Source of the DNA: a virus
Lineage: Duplodnaviria > Caudoviricetes
Direction: 5' to 3' (one strand)
DNA length: 58,068 nucleotides
IMG/VR virus record: IMGVR_UViG_3300006947_000012
Span: 1 to 58,068 of that record
Shown: one piece after another, positions 29,237 through 41,200 of the stretch
How the letters are laid out: the number at the start of each line of letters is the position of its first letter
How positions within the stretch are numbered: the first letter of the stretch is position 1
Position numbers and translations under genes: made by a program
Notes under the pieces: generated by a model
What the model saw: only the letters and a program-made list of their open reading frames with translations
Database searches by the model: none
What the model was told of the DNA's origin: nothing

Positions 29237-29932
29237 TTAAAATTTATTGTTTAAGTATGTATGAATATCTAGAATGTTTGTAGCGGATAGCTCTCTATAA
29301 ATTATTAATATTTCTTGTATGCTACCTTCTAACAACCAACTAGTAGAATTTTTCCCCCCTACTTCTGAAAATATTAAATCATAAGTATTATCAGAAAATT
29401 GCTCTGTATCATTTTGAGCAACCCCATCTATATAGATTGTTAAAAGTCCGGATGAAGTAGCTGTTACCGCTATATTATAATATTGATCGTCTACAAGATC
29501 TGAAGGAGCGTTAAAGTTAAACCCTTTTGACTCTGACCCGCTAGTACCAGTTGCTTTTATTGACAGTCCATCACCTACATTTTTTATAAATGAGTTATTA
29601 CTACTGTCGTCTCCGGAAATTGCAGAATTAGCAGACCAATCGTCTTCTTTATATCTTATATATAGAGTCCATCCATCATTACTAGTATCTAAAATTCTAT
29701 CTACATTACACCCTAAAAAATCTCCTCCATCAAAAGTTATATGTGTTCCATTATCTGTGGGCCTTCTTGAAGCATTTGATTGAGAGAATACTTCAGAAGG
29801 TTTCATAAAATTCTTCCAATCATTTATAGTAGTAGATGTAGTTCTATAATCAGGATCTAAATTTAACCAAAGGATCAAACCATCATTACCTTGAGTAAAT
29901 GGAGCGTAATATGGCATATGAGAATTTATCAT
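29237..29932 (-). CDS. LamG/concanavalin A-like lectin-fold protein (receptor-binding candidate), 231 aa
   Basis: LILWL, QSNASRRP, ITFDGGDFL, YYNIAVT, IYIDG, GSIQEILIIYREL motifs. Confidence 0.75.
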   Translation of the reverse strand: MINSHMPYYAPFTQGNDGLILWLNLDPDYRTTSTTINDWKNFMKPSEVFSQSNASRRPTDNGTHITFDGGDFLGCNVDRILDTSNDGWTLYIRYKEDDWSANSAISGDDSSNNSFIKNVGDGLSIKATGTSGSESKGFNFNAPSDLVDDQYYNIAVTATSSGLLTIYIDGVAQNDTEQFSDNTYDLIFSEVGGKNSTSWLLEGSIQEILIIYRELSATNILDIHTYLNNKF

Positions 29933-29934
29933 AT

Positions 29935-32778
29935 TTATATTGATTTATGTCCTATTAATGTAACTTTTAATCCTGCACCTGCAACTGTACTTCCTATTAC
30001 ATCTACATCTATTGTTATTACAGCATCATCTGCAATAGCAAGTGTAGGTGTAGCTGACCCTCCACCTGCCGCAAAAGCATGTGCAGTACCTCCAACAGAA
30101 GTTGTTGCACTAGCAGCTATTGTAAGTCTTACACCATTGTTAGCCCCATTTTCAAAGATGCTCGTATTATTTACATTAATATCAACAGTAAGAGCAGCTC
30201 CCGTTGGCGCGACACTAACACTAGCTCTAACATCTGTTAATACAAATGCATAAGGCATTCTAAATTGAACTTTCCTAAGGCTCGCAGTTAAAGATGTGGA
30301 TTCATCAGAAGCTGCTAGTAAAAATGATTCTGTTCTTAAAGATTCAACTGTTGCTAATCTACCACCTGTTTTACTAAAGGTTATATCTCCGTCTACATCT
30401 AGAAGTAAATGAGCTGCAGCGCCTGCCACATCCAAAGTACTTATTTTTGTAGTCCCTGCTACTGCTGTAGATATTCTAAAATAATCTGTAGCATTAACTG
30501 AAGCGGGATCCCATAGAGTAAAATCACTAGTTTCTGGAACTATATTCTCAAAATATGCAATACGTCCTACAGTATGTCCTCCTGTACCACTACTAGTTTT
30601 TCTTGTACCCCAACATTGAACACCCCCGCCAGCGCCAGTTCCTGTACCCGAAGATCCTCTTAAAATTACATACCCTCCAACAGCATTAGTTGGACCTCCA
30701 TTAATAGCAGGCTCTGCATAGATATTTAAATCGCTAGCATTAGCAGAAGTATTAGTATTTCCTATTATAGTTTTAGGTGTATATAAAATCTGTCCCCCAT
30801 CAGTAGCATTAAACTTAAAAACCTCATCCGTATGAGCTGCTAAGCTTCCACTAGCACCAGGCCAAATTCCTACAAAACATGTAGCATCATCTGTATCTGT
30901 TACTGCAGTTAATGCTGAAGGTATTCCAGTTAATGGTCTCTTTTTAATTAATCCCCCAGTCTCTACTAAGAAACTTGTTAATGACGCATCTGTTGCTATA
31001 TTATTAATTAATAATCCTGAAGCGTTAAGAGTACTTAATGCTGCCGCACTAGCTCCTGTCGAGACAATATCACCCCCACCAGCCTTTAAATTTATATCTG
31101 CACTGCCTGATGATAATTCTGCGTACGTACCTCCACTAATTACTGCGTGGGTGTTGGCTACTGCACGAATATACCCTCCTCCTGCTGAAGATATATCTAT
31201 ATCTGGGTCTGACCCAGTAGTAGAAATAAGGGTCTTTCCTTGAACTCCTACTTGCATCTTAAGTCCTCCAGCTGTAATACCCTTTAGTTCCATGTAGTTG
31301 GTTGAAGATGCTCCCCCATCACCACTGTGGCTGAATATAGCTGTATTGAGATAAGTGTGATCTGTTGTTCCAGAAGCTTTTTGGACTGAGGCGTTAAAAT
31401 ATACTCCTTGATTAGCCCCTGTACCTGTGCCTAGTCCTGACCCTATACCAAGATCTCCCCCGGATAAGTTTGTTCCAGCTCCTGATTTTCCCGCCAACAG
31501 GACCATTCTATTACCAGCAGCCCCAGAGACAGATGTTGTAGATAAGACTCCATGTTCTGCTCCACTAACTCCTGTCCCCAACGTCAAACTACCAAGACAC
31601 GTAAGCATATGAGCTCCATCATCCGCATTATATAATAAACCTTCATCTGTTTTAGTAGCTAAATTTCCAGTAGCAGATTCATAGAGTCCTACAAAACATG
31701 TAGTAACTTCTGTGTCCAGTACTGCAACTAATGATGCAGGTATACCTGATAAAGGCCTCTTTTTGATAAGACCTCCAGACTCAACTAAAAAGCTTGTTAA
31801 AGATGCGTCTGTAGCTATAGTATTAATAAGCAATCCACTACCATTCCATAAACCTATTTGATTATTATTTTCTTTCCAAATGTGTGTTTCTGTTGCAGAG
31901 TCATAAATTACATCCCCGGCAACATCAAGTTCGTAATGTGCACCATTATTATTAGTACTATCTACTGTTACATGTTTAGTTGCACCATCTACTCCAATCA
32001 AAAGTTCATGATAATCATTAGGGTCAGCTGGGTTAAAAGTTCTTATACCATGCGAGGCTCCTAAAGTATAGAATAAAGTATTCTTTATATATGTTTGTGC
32101 AGTTGTACCGCTTCCTTTAAGAGTAGCAGTATACAGAGATATACCAGATGCTACACCACCCCCAGTACCTGTTCCTAATCCAGCGTGTAAATTTAAATAT
32201 CCTCCTGCGTGATTTGTTCCTCCTGTTGTATCTCCTCCAAAAATATCTAATGCTCCCCCTTGAGCAGCGCCTGCAATTGCTTCTCTGTGTATTTTATATG
32301 CATTAGCATTAGCACTAGAACCCATTTTCAAAGTTCCTATTATATTTAATATCTCGCTCTGGGCATTATATAATAATGATTCATCAGTCTTAGGTAATAA
32401 ATTACCTGTTGCGCTTTCCCATAGACCTACAAAACATGAAGGATCTTCTGTGTCTAAGACTGCTGACGTTCCTGGTATTGTTACAGTAGTATCATTACTA
32501 GATCCAACTGTTGTAGTAACCCCAGCTCCTACATAATTTATAGATTGTGTAGTAGTTGTTAATTGGTTTCCTTCATCGAGGCTAGTTAAATTAGGAAGTA
32601 AAGTAAGCACAGAACGTTTACCTAATAAACCACTGTCTTCTACAACTAGACTTCCTGAAGTACTAGTATCTAAATCAGTAACAGTTAAATTGTATAGCCA
32701 TGAGTCTCCCCAGGTCTTAGCTGAAGTACCTATACCACCTTCATTATTTCCTCTTGGTACTAATCTCTTTGTTGCCAT
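29935..32778 (-). CDS. Tail fibre protein with three internal repeat units, 947 aa
   Basis: Three copies of DTxxxxCFVG(L/I)(W/Y)xxAxGxLxxxTDE, each followed by GxGTGTG modules; C-terminal FRMPYAFVLTDVRAS...GAGLKVTLIG domain common in phage fibres. Confidence 0.7.
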   Translation of the reverse strand: MATKRLVPRGNNEGGIGTSAKTWGDSWLYNLTVTDLDTSTSGSLVVEDSGLLGKRSVLTLLPNLTSLDEGNQLTTTTQSINYVGAGVTTTVGSSNDTTVTIPGTSAVLDTEDPSCFVGLWESATGNLLPKTDESLLYNAQSEILNIIGTLKMGSSANANAYKIHREAIAGAAQGGALDIFGGDTTGGTNHAGGYLNLHAGLGTGTGGGVASGISLYTATLKGSGTTAQTYIKNTLFYTLGASHGIRTFNPADPNDYHELLIGVDGATKHVTVDSTNNNGAHYELDVAGDVIYDSATETHIWKENNNQIGLWNGSGLLINTIATDASLTSFLVESGGLIKKRPLSGIPASLVAVLDTEVTTCFVGLYESATGNLATKTDEGLLYNADDGAHMLTCLGSLTLGTGVSGAEHGVLSTTSVSGAAGNRMVLLAGKSGAGTNLSGGDLGIGSGLGTGTGANQGVYFNASVQKASGTTDHTYLNTAIFSHSGDGGASSTNYMELKGITAGGLKMQVGVQGKTLISTTGSDPDIDISSAGGGYIRAVANTHAVISGGTYAELSSGSADINLKAGGGDIVSTGASAAALSTLNASGLLINNIATDASLTSFLVETGGLIKKRPLTGIPSALTAVTDTDDATCFVGIWPGASGSLAAHTDEVFKFNATDGGQILYTPKTIIGNTNTSANASDLNIYAEPAINGGPTNAVGGYVILRGSSGTGTGAGGGVQCWGTRKTSSGTGGHTVGRIAYFENIVPETSDFTLWDPASVNATDYFRISTAVAGTTKISTLDVAGAAAHLLLDVDGDITFSKTGGRLATVESLRTESFLLAASDESTSLTASLRKVQFRMPYAFVLTDVRASVSVAPTGAALTVDINVNNTSIFENGANNGVRLTIAASATTSVGGTAHAFAAGGGSATPTLAIADDAVITIDVDVIGSTVAGAGLKVTLIGHKSI

Positions 32779-32789
32779 ATTTTATTATT

Positions 32790-33062
32790 TTAAACTATCT
32801 CTGGTATTATATCACCGTTTGAATCTATTTGAAAATGTCCTGAAGCAGCTGGGTGTACTTCAGGCATTATATCTCCATTACTATCTAAATCAAATGTGTT
32901 ACACATATCTACAATATTAAGTTGTGGCATTAATTCTAACCCAGCAGTACTTACATGCTCAAAGAAACACCCATCATAATGAGAAACCCCTCCCTGATAC
33001 GCTAGCACCACTTGCTGCGTTCCCCTTATAATTCCTAATCCTAATATAGTTTGAAGTGCCAT
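32790..33062 (-). CDS. Small hypothetical protein with duplicated FxxDSNGDIxPE motif, 90 aa
   Basis: FDLDSNGDIMPE and FQIDSNGDIIPE; TAATG coupling with the upstream gene. Confidence 0.6.
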   Translation of the reverse strand: MALQTILGLGIIRGTQQVVLAYQGGVSHYDGCFFEHVSTAGLELMPQLNIVDMCNTFDLDSNGDIMPEVHPAASGHFQIDSNGDIIPEIV

Positions 33063-33424
33063 TATTTTCTATATGCAATAACTTTAACTACATCTGGCGC
33101 TCCCGTAACTGCTTTTAATCCTATAGATTTAAAGTCTCCATAAATAGGCATTCCAACTGGTAATACTATATCAAGGCTTCCAGAATTATTCAAAAATGTA
33201 GCTTGTGAATCTATACTCCAATTTACATCTGTACGATCGCTGTCCAATTTAACATCATCCGCTAAAGCAACTATACAATAAAAGTCACCTGTCCACGTTG
33301 CGTCTGCTTCATATATCAAATGCGCACCCTGCTGCCCATAAGGAGCTGCTAATATTTGCTCTATATTTGTAGTTAGTTGTGCTAATGTTTTTACTAGAGC
33401 TTCATTTGTTAGTTGATTTGACAT
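33062..33424 (-). CDS. Hypothetical (probably structural) protein, 120 aa
   Basis: Compact beta-rich ORF in the tail operon (GDFYCIVAL, LPVGMPIYGDF, VIAY). Confidence 0.6.
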   Translation of the reverse strand: MSNQLTNEALVKTLAQLTTNIEQILAAPYGQQGAHLIYEADATWTGDFYCIVALADDVKLDSDRTDVNWSIDSQATFLNNSGSLDIVLPVGMPIYGDFKSIGLKAVTGAPDVVKVIAYRK

Positions 33425-33428
33425 AATT

Positions 33429-33842
33429 TTATTTTATTATTAAAGCAATTGAAGATAACTCTTTTCCTGTTATCTCAGAAGGTAAGTCTTTTTCAGAAAG
33501 CAAAGCTAAATCTAATTCAATTTCTTGTTGTAGTAATGCTTGAACCTCATCTAATTGCGTCTTTCTTTCTGCAATTAATTTAACATTTTCAGGAAGAGCC
33601 TCTTTTTCTTTTACTTCTTCAACTTGAGTCTCCATGTCATATTTTTGCATCTCTGTTGCTAAAAGCATAAACTCTTCTGTAGGTATTGCTTTCTTTTCAA
33701 TATCTGCTAAAGCTTCGCCAATAATCTGATAGTTTTTCTGAACAGCTACTGCTAGTTTTACTCCTTTAAGATTTTCAATTGATTGTAAAGATTGCAATAA
33801 ATTTACTAAATCTTGTTTTACATACGTTTTTTTCTTTGCCAT
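33429..33842 (-). CDS. Helical acidic protein, possible tail-fibre chaperone, 137 aa
   Basis: Charged helical ORF flanked by fibre genes; function inferred from position only. Confidence 0.5.
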   Translation of the reverse strand: MAKKKTYVKQDLVNLLQSLQSIENLKGVKLAVAVQKNYQIIGEALADIEKKAIPTEEFMLLATEMQKYDMETQVEEVKEKEALPENVKLIAERKTQLDEVQALLQQEIELDLALLSEKDLPSEITGKELSSIALIIK

Positions 33843-33879
33843 TTTTCTAGTTTTTAGTTTTTTAAATTATTAATTTCTG

Positions 33880-33909
33880 CAAATATATAAAAAATATTTT
33901 ATATATCAA
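33880..33909 (-). promoter_or_regulatory. Bacteroidota sigma70 promoter TTG-N19-TATATTTG
   Basis: TTG at 33909-33907, 19-nt spacer, TATATTTG at 33887-33880, in an intergenic gap; matches the Flavobacterium -33/-7 consensus. Confidence 0.75.
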
Positions 33910-33912
33910 TGA

Positions 33913-35199
33913 TTATGAGAAAGGTGTTGCACAAGTCCCTATAGTAACAGCAGTTCCTTCTACTAACCATATAGCATTAGTTATTGCTGTATATTTTAAT
34001 CTTGTTCCTAACAATCTTCCTTTTGTGTCTGCATCTGCTATATATTGATGATCAGCTGCTGCCGGTCCTGCAATAGCAGTTGTAGCTCCTGCGTTAGTAG
34101 CTGTAGCTAATAAGCTTGGTGCCATTGTAATTATACCTTGTAATGTATCAGAGACTGAAGCTGCATTAATTATTAAACTTCCTGTAAAAGTTGTCCCTAC
34201 ATGAAACTCATAAGTTAATCCTGCAACTGCTGTTGGTAAAGTTATTGTTATACCTCCTGCTAAGTTTAATGTAAATATACTTCCTGATTGAGCTGCTGTT
34301 GGGCTACTTGTAGAAGCAGTTATATTTACTACAGGTCTTTTATACGCTAGAGTAGCATTAGCTTGTGATATTAAGTTTCCTGAACCATCCACTATTAAAC
34401 CAGCTGTACCACTTGCGTTCTGTAATGTAGTTATTTTTGTTGATAAACTTAAAGTATTAGACCCTGTTGCAAATGCTATTGATGAATCACTACACGCAAG
34501 AGTTGCAAAAGCAGGTGCCCCTGAACCCCCCATAAGAAGTTGTCCATTTGTACCAGCTGCTGAAACGCCAAGCACACCCGTATTATTTCCATAAGCTACC
34601 CCATTAAGAGTAAAAGATGTTTTTCCTGTTCCACCACTAACTACAGGAAGTGTACCATTAACATGTGTAGTTAACCCAACTTTACCATACGCTGGAATAG
34701 TTAAAGTACCCGCAGATAATAATACATTACCTGTTGCAGCAGCTGTTATAGATGCTAAAGTATTAGTTGCTGAAGCATACGCTATATCTCCTACTACCCA
34801 AGCAGTACTTTTATTAGTTCCTCCATTTGCTGTAGGTAATACTGTTGCGCCTACATTAGTTGTTAAACTTACTGTACTTAAAAATAATGAAGTAAGATTA
34901 CCACATTTAGAAAGATCAATTTTAGACTCATTAACACTTATACCTAAAGTAGTTCCATCTGTTATATTTACTATTGTATCTTCTGCTGCTATAGATTTAA
35001 ATTGTAAATTATTTAATTGAAATGCTTGTGTAAATATAGAAAATCCATTACCTGTAGATATAGGGTAAGAATATAAATCAGTTAACTTTAACTTAGTATC
35101 TATACTATTAGATATATTAGTTAAGTATAAATATTCGTTTTTAGTATCACTTTTAGTGACGATAGTTTTAGTTGATAAGTTTTTTACCTGTATTGCCAT
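33913..35199 (-). CDS. Tail fibre/spike protein, 428 aa
   Basis: LPTANGGT and LPVVSGGTG repeats, GNVLLS/GQLLM fibre motifs, C-terminal ITITLPTAVAGLTYEF domain. Confidence 0.7.
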   Translation of the reverse strand: MAIQVKNLSTKTIVTKSDTKNEYLYLTNISNSIDTKLKLTDLYSYPISTGNGFSIFTQAFQLNNLQFKSIAAEDTIVNITDGTTLGISVNESKIDLSKCGNLTSLFLSTVSLTTNVGATVLPTANGGTNKSTAWVVGDIAYASATNTLASITAAATGNVLLSAGTLTIPAYGKVGLTTHVNGTLPVVSGGTGKTSFTLNGVAYGNNTGVLGVSAAGTNGQLLMGGSGAPAFATLACSDSSIAFATGSNTLSLSTKITTLQNASGTAGLIVDGSGNLISQANATLAYKRPVVNITASTSSPTAAQSGSIFTLNLAGGITITLPTAVAGLTYEFHVGTTFTGSLIINAASVSDTLQGIITMAPSLLATATNAGATTAIAGPAAADHQYIADADTKGRLLGTRLKYTAITNAIWLVEGTAVTIGTCATPFS

Positions 35200-35211
35200 A
35201 TTTATATATTA

Positions 35212-38200
35212 TTAAAAATCAAAATTAGAATTATTTGCGTTAAATATTTGAGAAACTACTGCTTCCATCTGTGCTGGTGTTAATTGATCTCCTACTGAAC
35301 ATGTAGGACAAACTTCATCTAAATAGCCTGTAAAAGAATCTTGTATATCAGCTAGTGAAAAACATATATTTAAATTTTGTAACATATGTTTAATCATTAT
35401 TGTTAACCAAACCTGTCTTACATCTAAAACGTTAGAAGCTAGAGCTCCGTGTATTTTAGACAAAGCTTCGTTTGCTAATGTTCCTGGGCACTCAACTAAA
35501 TCAGCTAAAGCAGAATCATCAGTAACCCATACATTGTTTGTTATAAATCCAGTATTATCTGTAGCAGAGACACATGGACCTTTCTTTGTGTATGTAGTAT
35601 TAGGAAATCCTTCATCATCATAGCAAGCACCACAATCTAAAGGAACTTCGCAAGGAGCAGTTACATCTGATATACAAAACAGAGAACTACCTGATAGCTG
35701 AACTGTAGTTCCTATTGTAGGGCAACTGTATCCTATAGTTGTACCTATTTGTATTTCTATATTATCATAGGAAGAACTGCTTAAAGGGTTATTTGCATTA
35801 TCTGTTAATATATTAGAAGTTAAATCTCCTATAGTAAAAGTAGGACTTAACATAGCAGCTGCAAAGAAAGCACCTGCTTGCGCTCCAAACCCTAGTTTAT
35901 TTGGGTACACTTCAAAAGCTAAAAATGCATCAGTGCTAGTTGTATTCATAGCTTGAAACGATAGTGAATGTAAGCCTGAAGGTAGTACTACAGGAAATAA
36001 ATTAACATAGTCTGTATTGTCTGCTATTGTTGTTGCGTTACCAGTAGTTGCATCTAAATGAATATACTCAACACCATCTATATACATTTTAACTTCTTCT
36101 GATCCTGATATAGCTATAATGCTTTCTTGTGTAGTCCCAAAGTTTATCTCTGTTATTACACCAATAAACTCATTTTGTGGTGAGACTGGGAATACTCCAA
36201 CAGTACCGCTATTTCTCCAGATAGCAATTTGATTAAGCCTTGTATTCCAAACATTAGATATAGAATTAACTGCTGTTATGTCTGCTCCAATTAAAGGCCC
36301 AGAAGCATCATTCATTACAAGAAGATTAGATCCTGTAGTTGCAAGATCTCTTATTAACGGTAATGCGTTTACATTAATATTAATAGAAGATGCATAATTT
36401 ACTATACCAGTAAGAACATCGTATGGCCCATATAAAATAGCTCCATTAGAAGCAAAGTTAACTGGTGTAGCTTGCCCTAAATATAAATTAGGTATCAATG
36501 TCCAATAGTCAGGAGTAATAGTGTTAGCTATAATAGGCTCTATTTCAGTACTAATACACTCTCCATTAGTAGCGCTTCCTGGTACTAAATCTAACTCATA
36601 TCCTATAGGGCACACACAATCACAATTAATTGCTCCATATATAGATATTAACCCAAAGATACCATTATCAATTCCGACAGTAGAGATTTGAACACACCCT
36701 GCAGAGTCTTGAACATAAAATCTATATTGAGCACCTAAAAAAGATCCTCCTAAATCTAATGACACACTTACATCTTGTATCATAAAACTAGTAGCTGATG
36801 TTGTATAATGCGTAGCAGCATCAAAGTCAGAATACGTAAGACCTGAGTCTTCAGATATTCCCCATATATTATTATTTAATCCAATACTAGGTATAACTGT
36901 TCCTGTTAAAGTACATTTATCTGGCTCTTGGTCTAAAGGACCTATACCTGTACAATTAGTAAGTCCTGTAAGAGCACTATATACTGGTCCTGATGTAGCG
37001 ACAGCAGAGATAGTATAAGGAGGAGTACCTCCTACTAAATTTAATGATATAGCTCCAGCCGTATCTCCTGGGAATTGGCAATGACTAGTGACACAAGCGT
37101 TTGCGTCTGTAAAATTAGATAAAGGTATTAGCTCTATTTTAGTGCAAGATCCCTCTGTAAATGCTGCTCCAGCGGATAGACCTAAAGTCTGTAAATTAGT
37201 AGTTGGTACCCATGTACCTGACACACTAATTAAACATGACTCAAAGTCAGCGTGGCAGTTGTTATCATAAGAAGATAGCACTGTTTGATCATCAGGATCT
37301 GCGAAGTACTCTGAAGCACATCCGCTACCGTCTCTAACCCATATACTTTTTATACCTCCTAATAATCCTGTAAAAGTATATGTTCCTGTTACAGCTGTAT
37401 ATGTATTACCATTATCAATAGAAACTTCAATAGCTCCATTACCTCCGTGAGTTGTAATAGTTATAGAACCGTCTGGGCAGTCAATACAAGTAGGATGTAC
37501 CCAAGTAATATCATCAATATATACTATTGGATCTTGTAATTCTGTTATTGGAGCTGACACACCACCACAACTATCAGTTACTATACAAGTATATTTTCCT
37601 GGCCATTGTACTGCTGAAAGATCTTGTGTTGTAACACTAGACCATTGTGTGTTTACGTTAGCATGCCCTACTATAGAACATGTATTAGGTAATCCAACGT
37701 ATCCCCATAGATATGTGTATACTACAGTTAATATCTGATTTTCATATGTTCCTAGAGTAGGAGTAAGGTTTATAGATCCATTACACGTATTAACTCCAGA
37801 AGCTCCAAAAGAACTGCAACCACAACAAGTAGGATCAACATGCGTAGTTGTAGCTACAACATTTTGATAGTCAGACGCTAATATAGTAGCAGTATGCAAA
37901 GAATCACATTGCCCTGTACCTCCATTCTCTACTAATTTAATATCCCAAGAACTACCGCCAGTAAACTGCAAATTAGATCCACCTGCTTTATCTCCTCCTG
38001 CTCCTCCTGTTATTTGGAAGTATGTGTTAGACGCAACATTAGAAGTGTCGTAAGCGAGTCCTGTTGAAACAATATTACCTGTTGGTGTATCATAAGCTTG
38101 AACAGATGTTATACTTAAATTAGTACCTGAACTATTTGTTACTTGTTGGTAAGAACCACCACCTGAAGGCTTAATATAAACATCATATGGAAATGTACCT

Positions 38201-41200
38201 GTTGGCGTAGAACTATCTAACATTAATCTTATATTACCGTCAGAACCTCCTCCTGCACACGTAGGTCCTCCGTACATTCCGTACAGTAAATTGTTAGCAG
38301 TAGTATTTGTTGTAGTATTATCAAATATCTTGTTATATTCATAGTTATTAATATCTATAAATATCTCTGCAGAACCAAGACTGATTAATACAAATGTTTC
38401 TGTTGCAGTACAATTATTACTATCAGTAATCACTACAGTATAAGTACCTACAGTTATACTAGTTAAATTTTGACTAGTTGCGCTAGAATTTCCTGACCAT
38501 TGGTATGTATAACTACCACTTCCTCCTGTTGGAGCTAAAGTAATAGACCCACTAGAAGAACCTGCACCACATCCTATATTAGACTGTATAGAATTAGGAA
38601 GAATAGGTCCCGGAACCGTAGCAGCCGTAATAGTTTTAGTAGTTACAGGACACCCAGTCTGATCATTCACAGCAACAATATAATCAAATACACCTGAAGC
38701 TGTGACAACGCTTGAAGTATTAGTAGTAAAAACTACCGCAGGAGCAACAAAAGATGGATCAGTACTTGACCACGAGTAGCTAAAAGGTGGGATACCTGTA
38801 GTAATAAGTGCTGTTACTGTAGTATTACCTCCTGCGCATGCTGGAGCTGCGGTTGATAAATTAAAGGCAGTATTTATAGTTGCACCTATTGTAATAGCAT
38901 TACTCATTATTACACACCCACAACCATTTTTAGCAACCATGTACCAAACTCCTGCAGGCACATTTGTAAAGTAGCTTGACAAAGTAGGTGTAATTAAAGT
39001 ACTGCCATTAATATTAAACGCATCGAATCTATCCAAAGAGTCATTCCATACAAATGGATTAGGATTATCTGTATAAGTGTAAGTAGGCACACCCCCGCCA
39101 CTAGCACAGGTACTCCAACTATTATTGTTACAATTAATATTATCAACGTCAAAACCACTAAGAGTACCACCTAAACCTCCCCCACATCCTACAGGACTAG
39201 TACCTGTTGGTTGTGTGCAAATAATTCCTCCATTGCCTGCTGTGTATGTTTTAGATACATTTTGATCTACAACTCCTAATTGGTAGGTTGAAAAGTCAAA
39301 ATAATAATTCACTGAGTATGTGCCTGGTGCAATACCTGCTAGTACTGTACCAGCAGAGCCCGGACCGTGCGTAGCTAGTATAACACCAGTAACGGAAAGA
39401 AATTCATAATACCCAATTGTATCACTTCCCATACCAGTAACCTCAAGCTTCCCTGTTTGTAGAGGTGAAAGACCATTTGGCATCACACCATTAGCATCAG
39501 CTAGATTTCCCCATGATACTCCCTGCAGCCATTCATATGGATCAGAAACGTTACAAGGTCCCTTCATTAGTGAAAGCCCCATAGTAAGCCCTGTACACGC
39601 TACAGTTATAGTATCAGTAATTGCACAACTATCATTTAAAATGCTTGAAACATTTAGGTCCCCTATAATTGAATCAGAAGCATTTCTATGAAATACTACT
39701 GTATAATCTGTAGAAACTAATGTTTGTGTGATTGGAATGAATAGAAGTATAGATGCATTGTCTCCATTACTAGTAACTCCTCCGCAATTACCACTAAGGC
39801 AACTTGCACTACCGCCATATGAATTTAAAAGTGGTATAGTAGTTCCATTACTATTAGTTACAGTGTTAGATGAAGTCCATGGAATAAAATTTAATAGTAT
39901 TTGTGTGTCCCCATTAGGTAAATGTTCAAAAACTGTACCTATTAAGTCTCCAGAATTAGAATCAGAACCACCACTTACATTAGTTGCGTCTAGAGTTATT
40001 GCATGCATTACTGATGAATTACAAGGACCAGAAGTATTATTCCAACTGTTAGAAGTAAAAAGAAATTCATTACCAATGCTTCCAACTACATAATTATCTA
40101 ACCTAAATTCACATGCCCCATCCGAGAATGAAGTGTGTGCCTCAAAGTCAAATGATGTTCCTCCTGGTATATTTATAAGTGTGTACGAAGGAAGAGACGT
40201 AATAGGAATACTACCTGGAGATGCACTGCAAGTGCAAAAAACGTCGTTTGAAGAATTAGGAGTCTGAGGGTTTCTATATTCCCAAACATTACCACCTAGA
40301 TAATCAACGTAGACAACGCTGCTAGTGTTATAATTTTTTAATTCAAAATCCACCCATGGAGTAGCAGGACCTGAAAATGACATAGTCAATTGACCGTCAT
40401 TTCCCGCACAGGTAGCCTGTGAATTCGTTATTGAACTACCAATGGCACAAGTAGGTATATAGTTTGAATTATATATCATCCCATTACCTGTTTGCATTGC
40501 CCAATTATTCTTATGTTTAGCAGTAGGAGCACTTGTTTGAATAGCTTTAAACCCTGAGTTAAGACGCCACATTAAATAGTCAGAGTTTGCATTTACATCT
40601 CCCCAAAGTACAGCTCCAGTGTTGTGATTTACATTTTTTACAAATTGGAAAACTTCGCGAAATCTATCAACTGCTGGAACAGGCTTATTATTATAAAAAT
40701 AAGTTAGCCCAACAGCAGCATCAAAAACATGGTATACTCCTATATACCTAAGATGCGCCACAGCGTCTGTAAGTCCGTTCGCACCAGATGTTTTAGGAAG
40801 ACCATTAAATACTCCAGGAGTGGTCGTGTCATTAATATCATAAGTTGTTACTGCGGCTATAGGACTTTTAGAATTAGATCCTTGTGTAGTATTATTAGTA
40901 ATTACCTCAAAAAAGTACCTAGCAGTAGAGTTATATCTTGCGTGTCCAGCACTGTTTAAATAAGTTGCGTGATAAGGCCTAGCTTCGTATCGAACTGCCC
41001 AACTATCATGAGGGTTAGAAGAGTCTAATAATACAGAGCCATCAAAATTAATTCTCCCGTCAAATTCAAACCAACATCCTTGTTGGGAACCTGTATTTGC
41101 AACGTAAGAATTACCTGATCCAGACTCAAAACTTCCGTACACAGGAGGAGTATTTGAATCACTAATCCAAAAATCAAATCCTGTATATTGTATAGGTAAT

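Noticed and set aside
29237-35199. Diversity-generating retroelement targeting tail fibres
   Set aside because: No reverse transcriptase in the window; repeats differ at many synonymous positions, not in an adenine-specific way that I could see.
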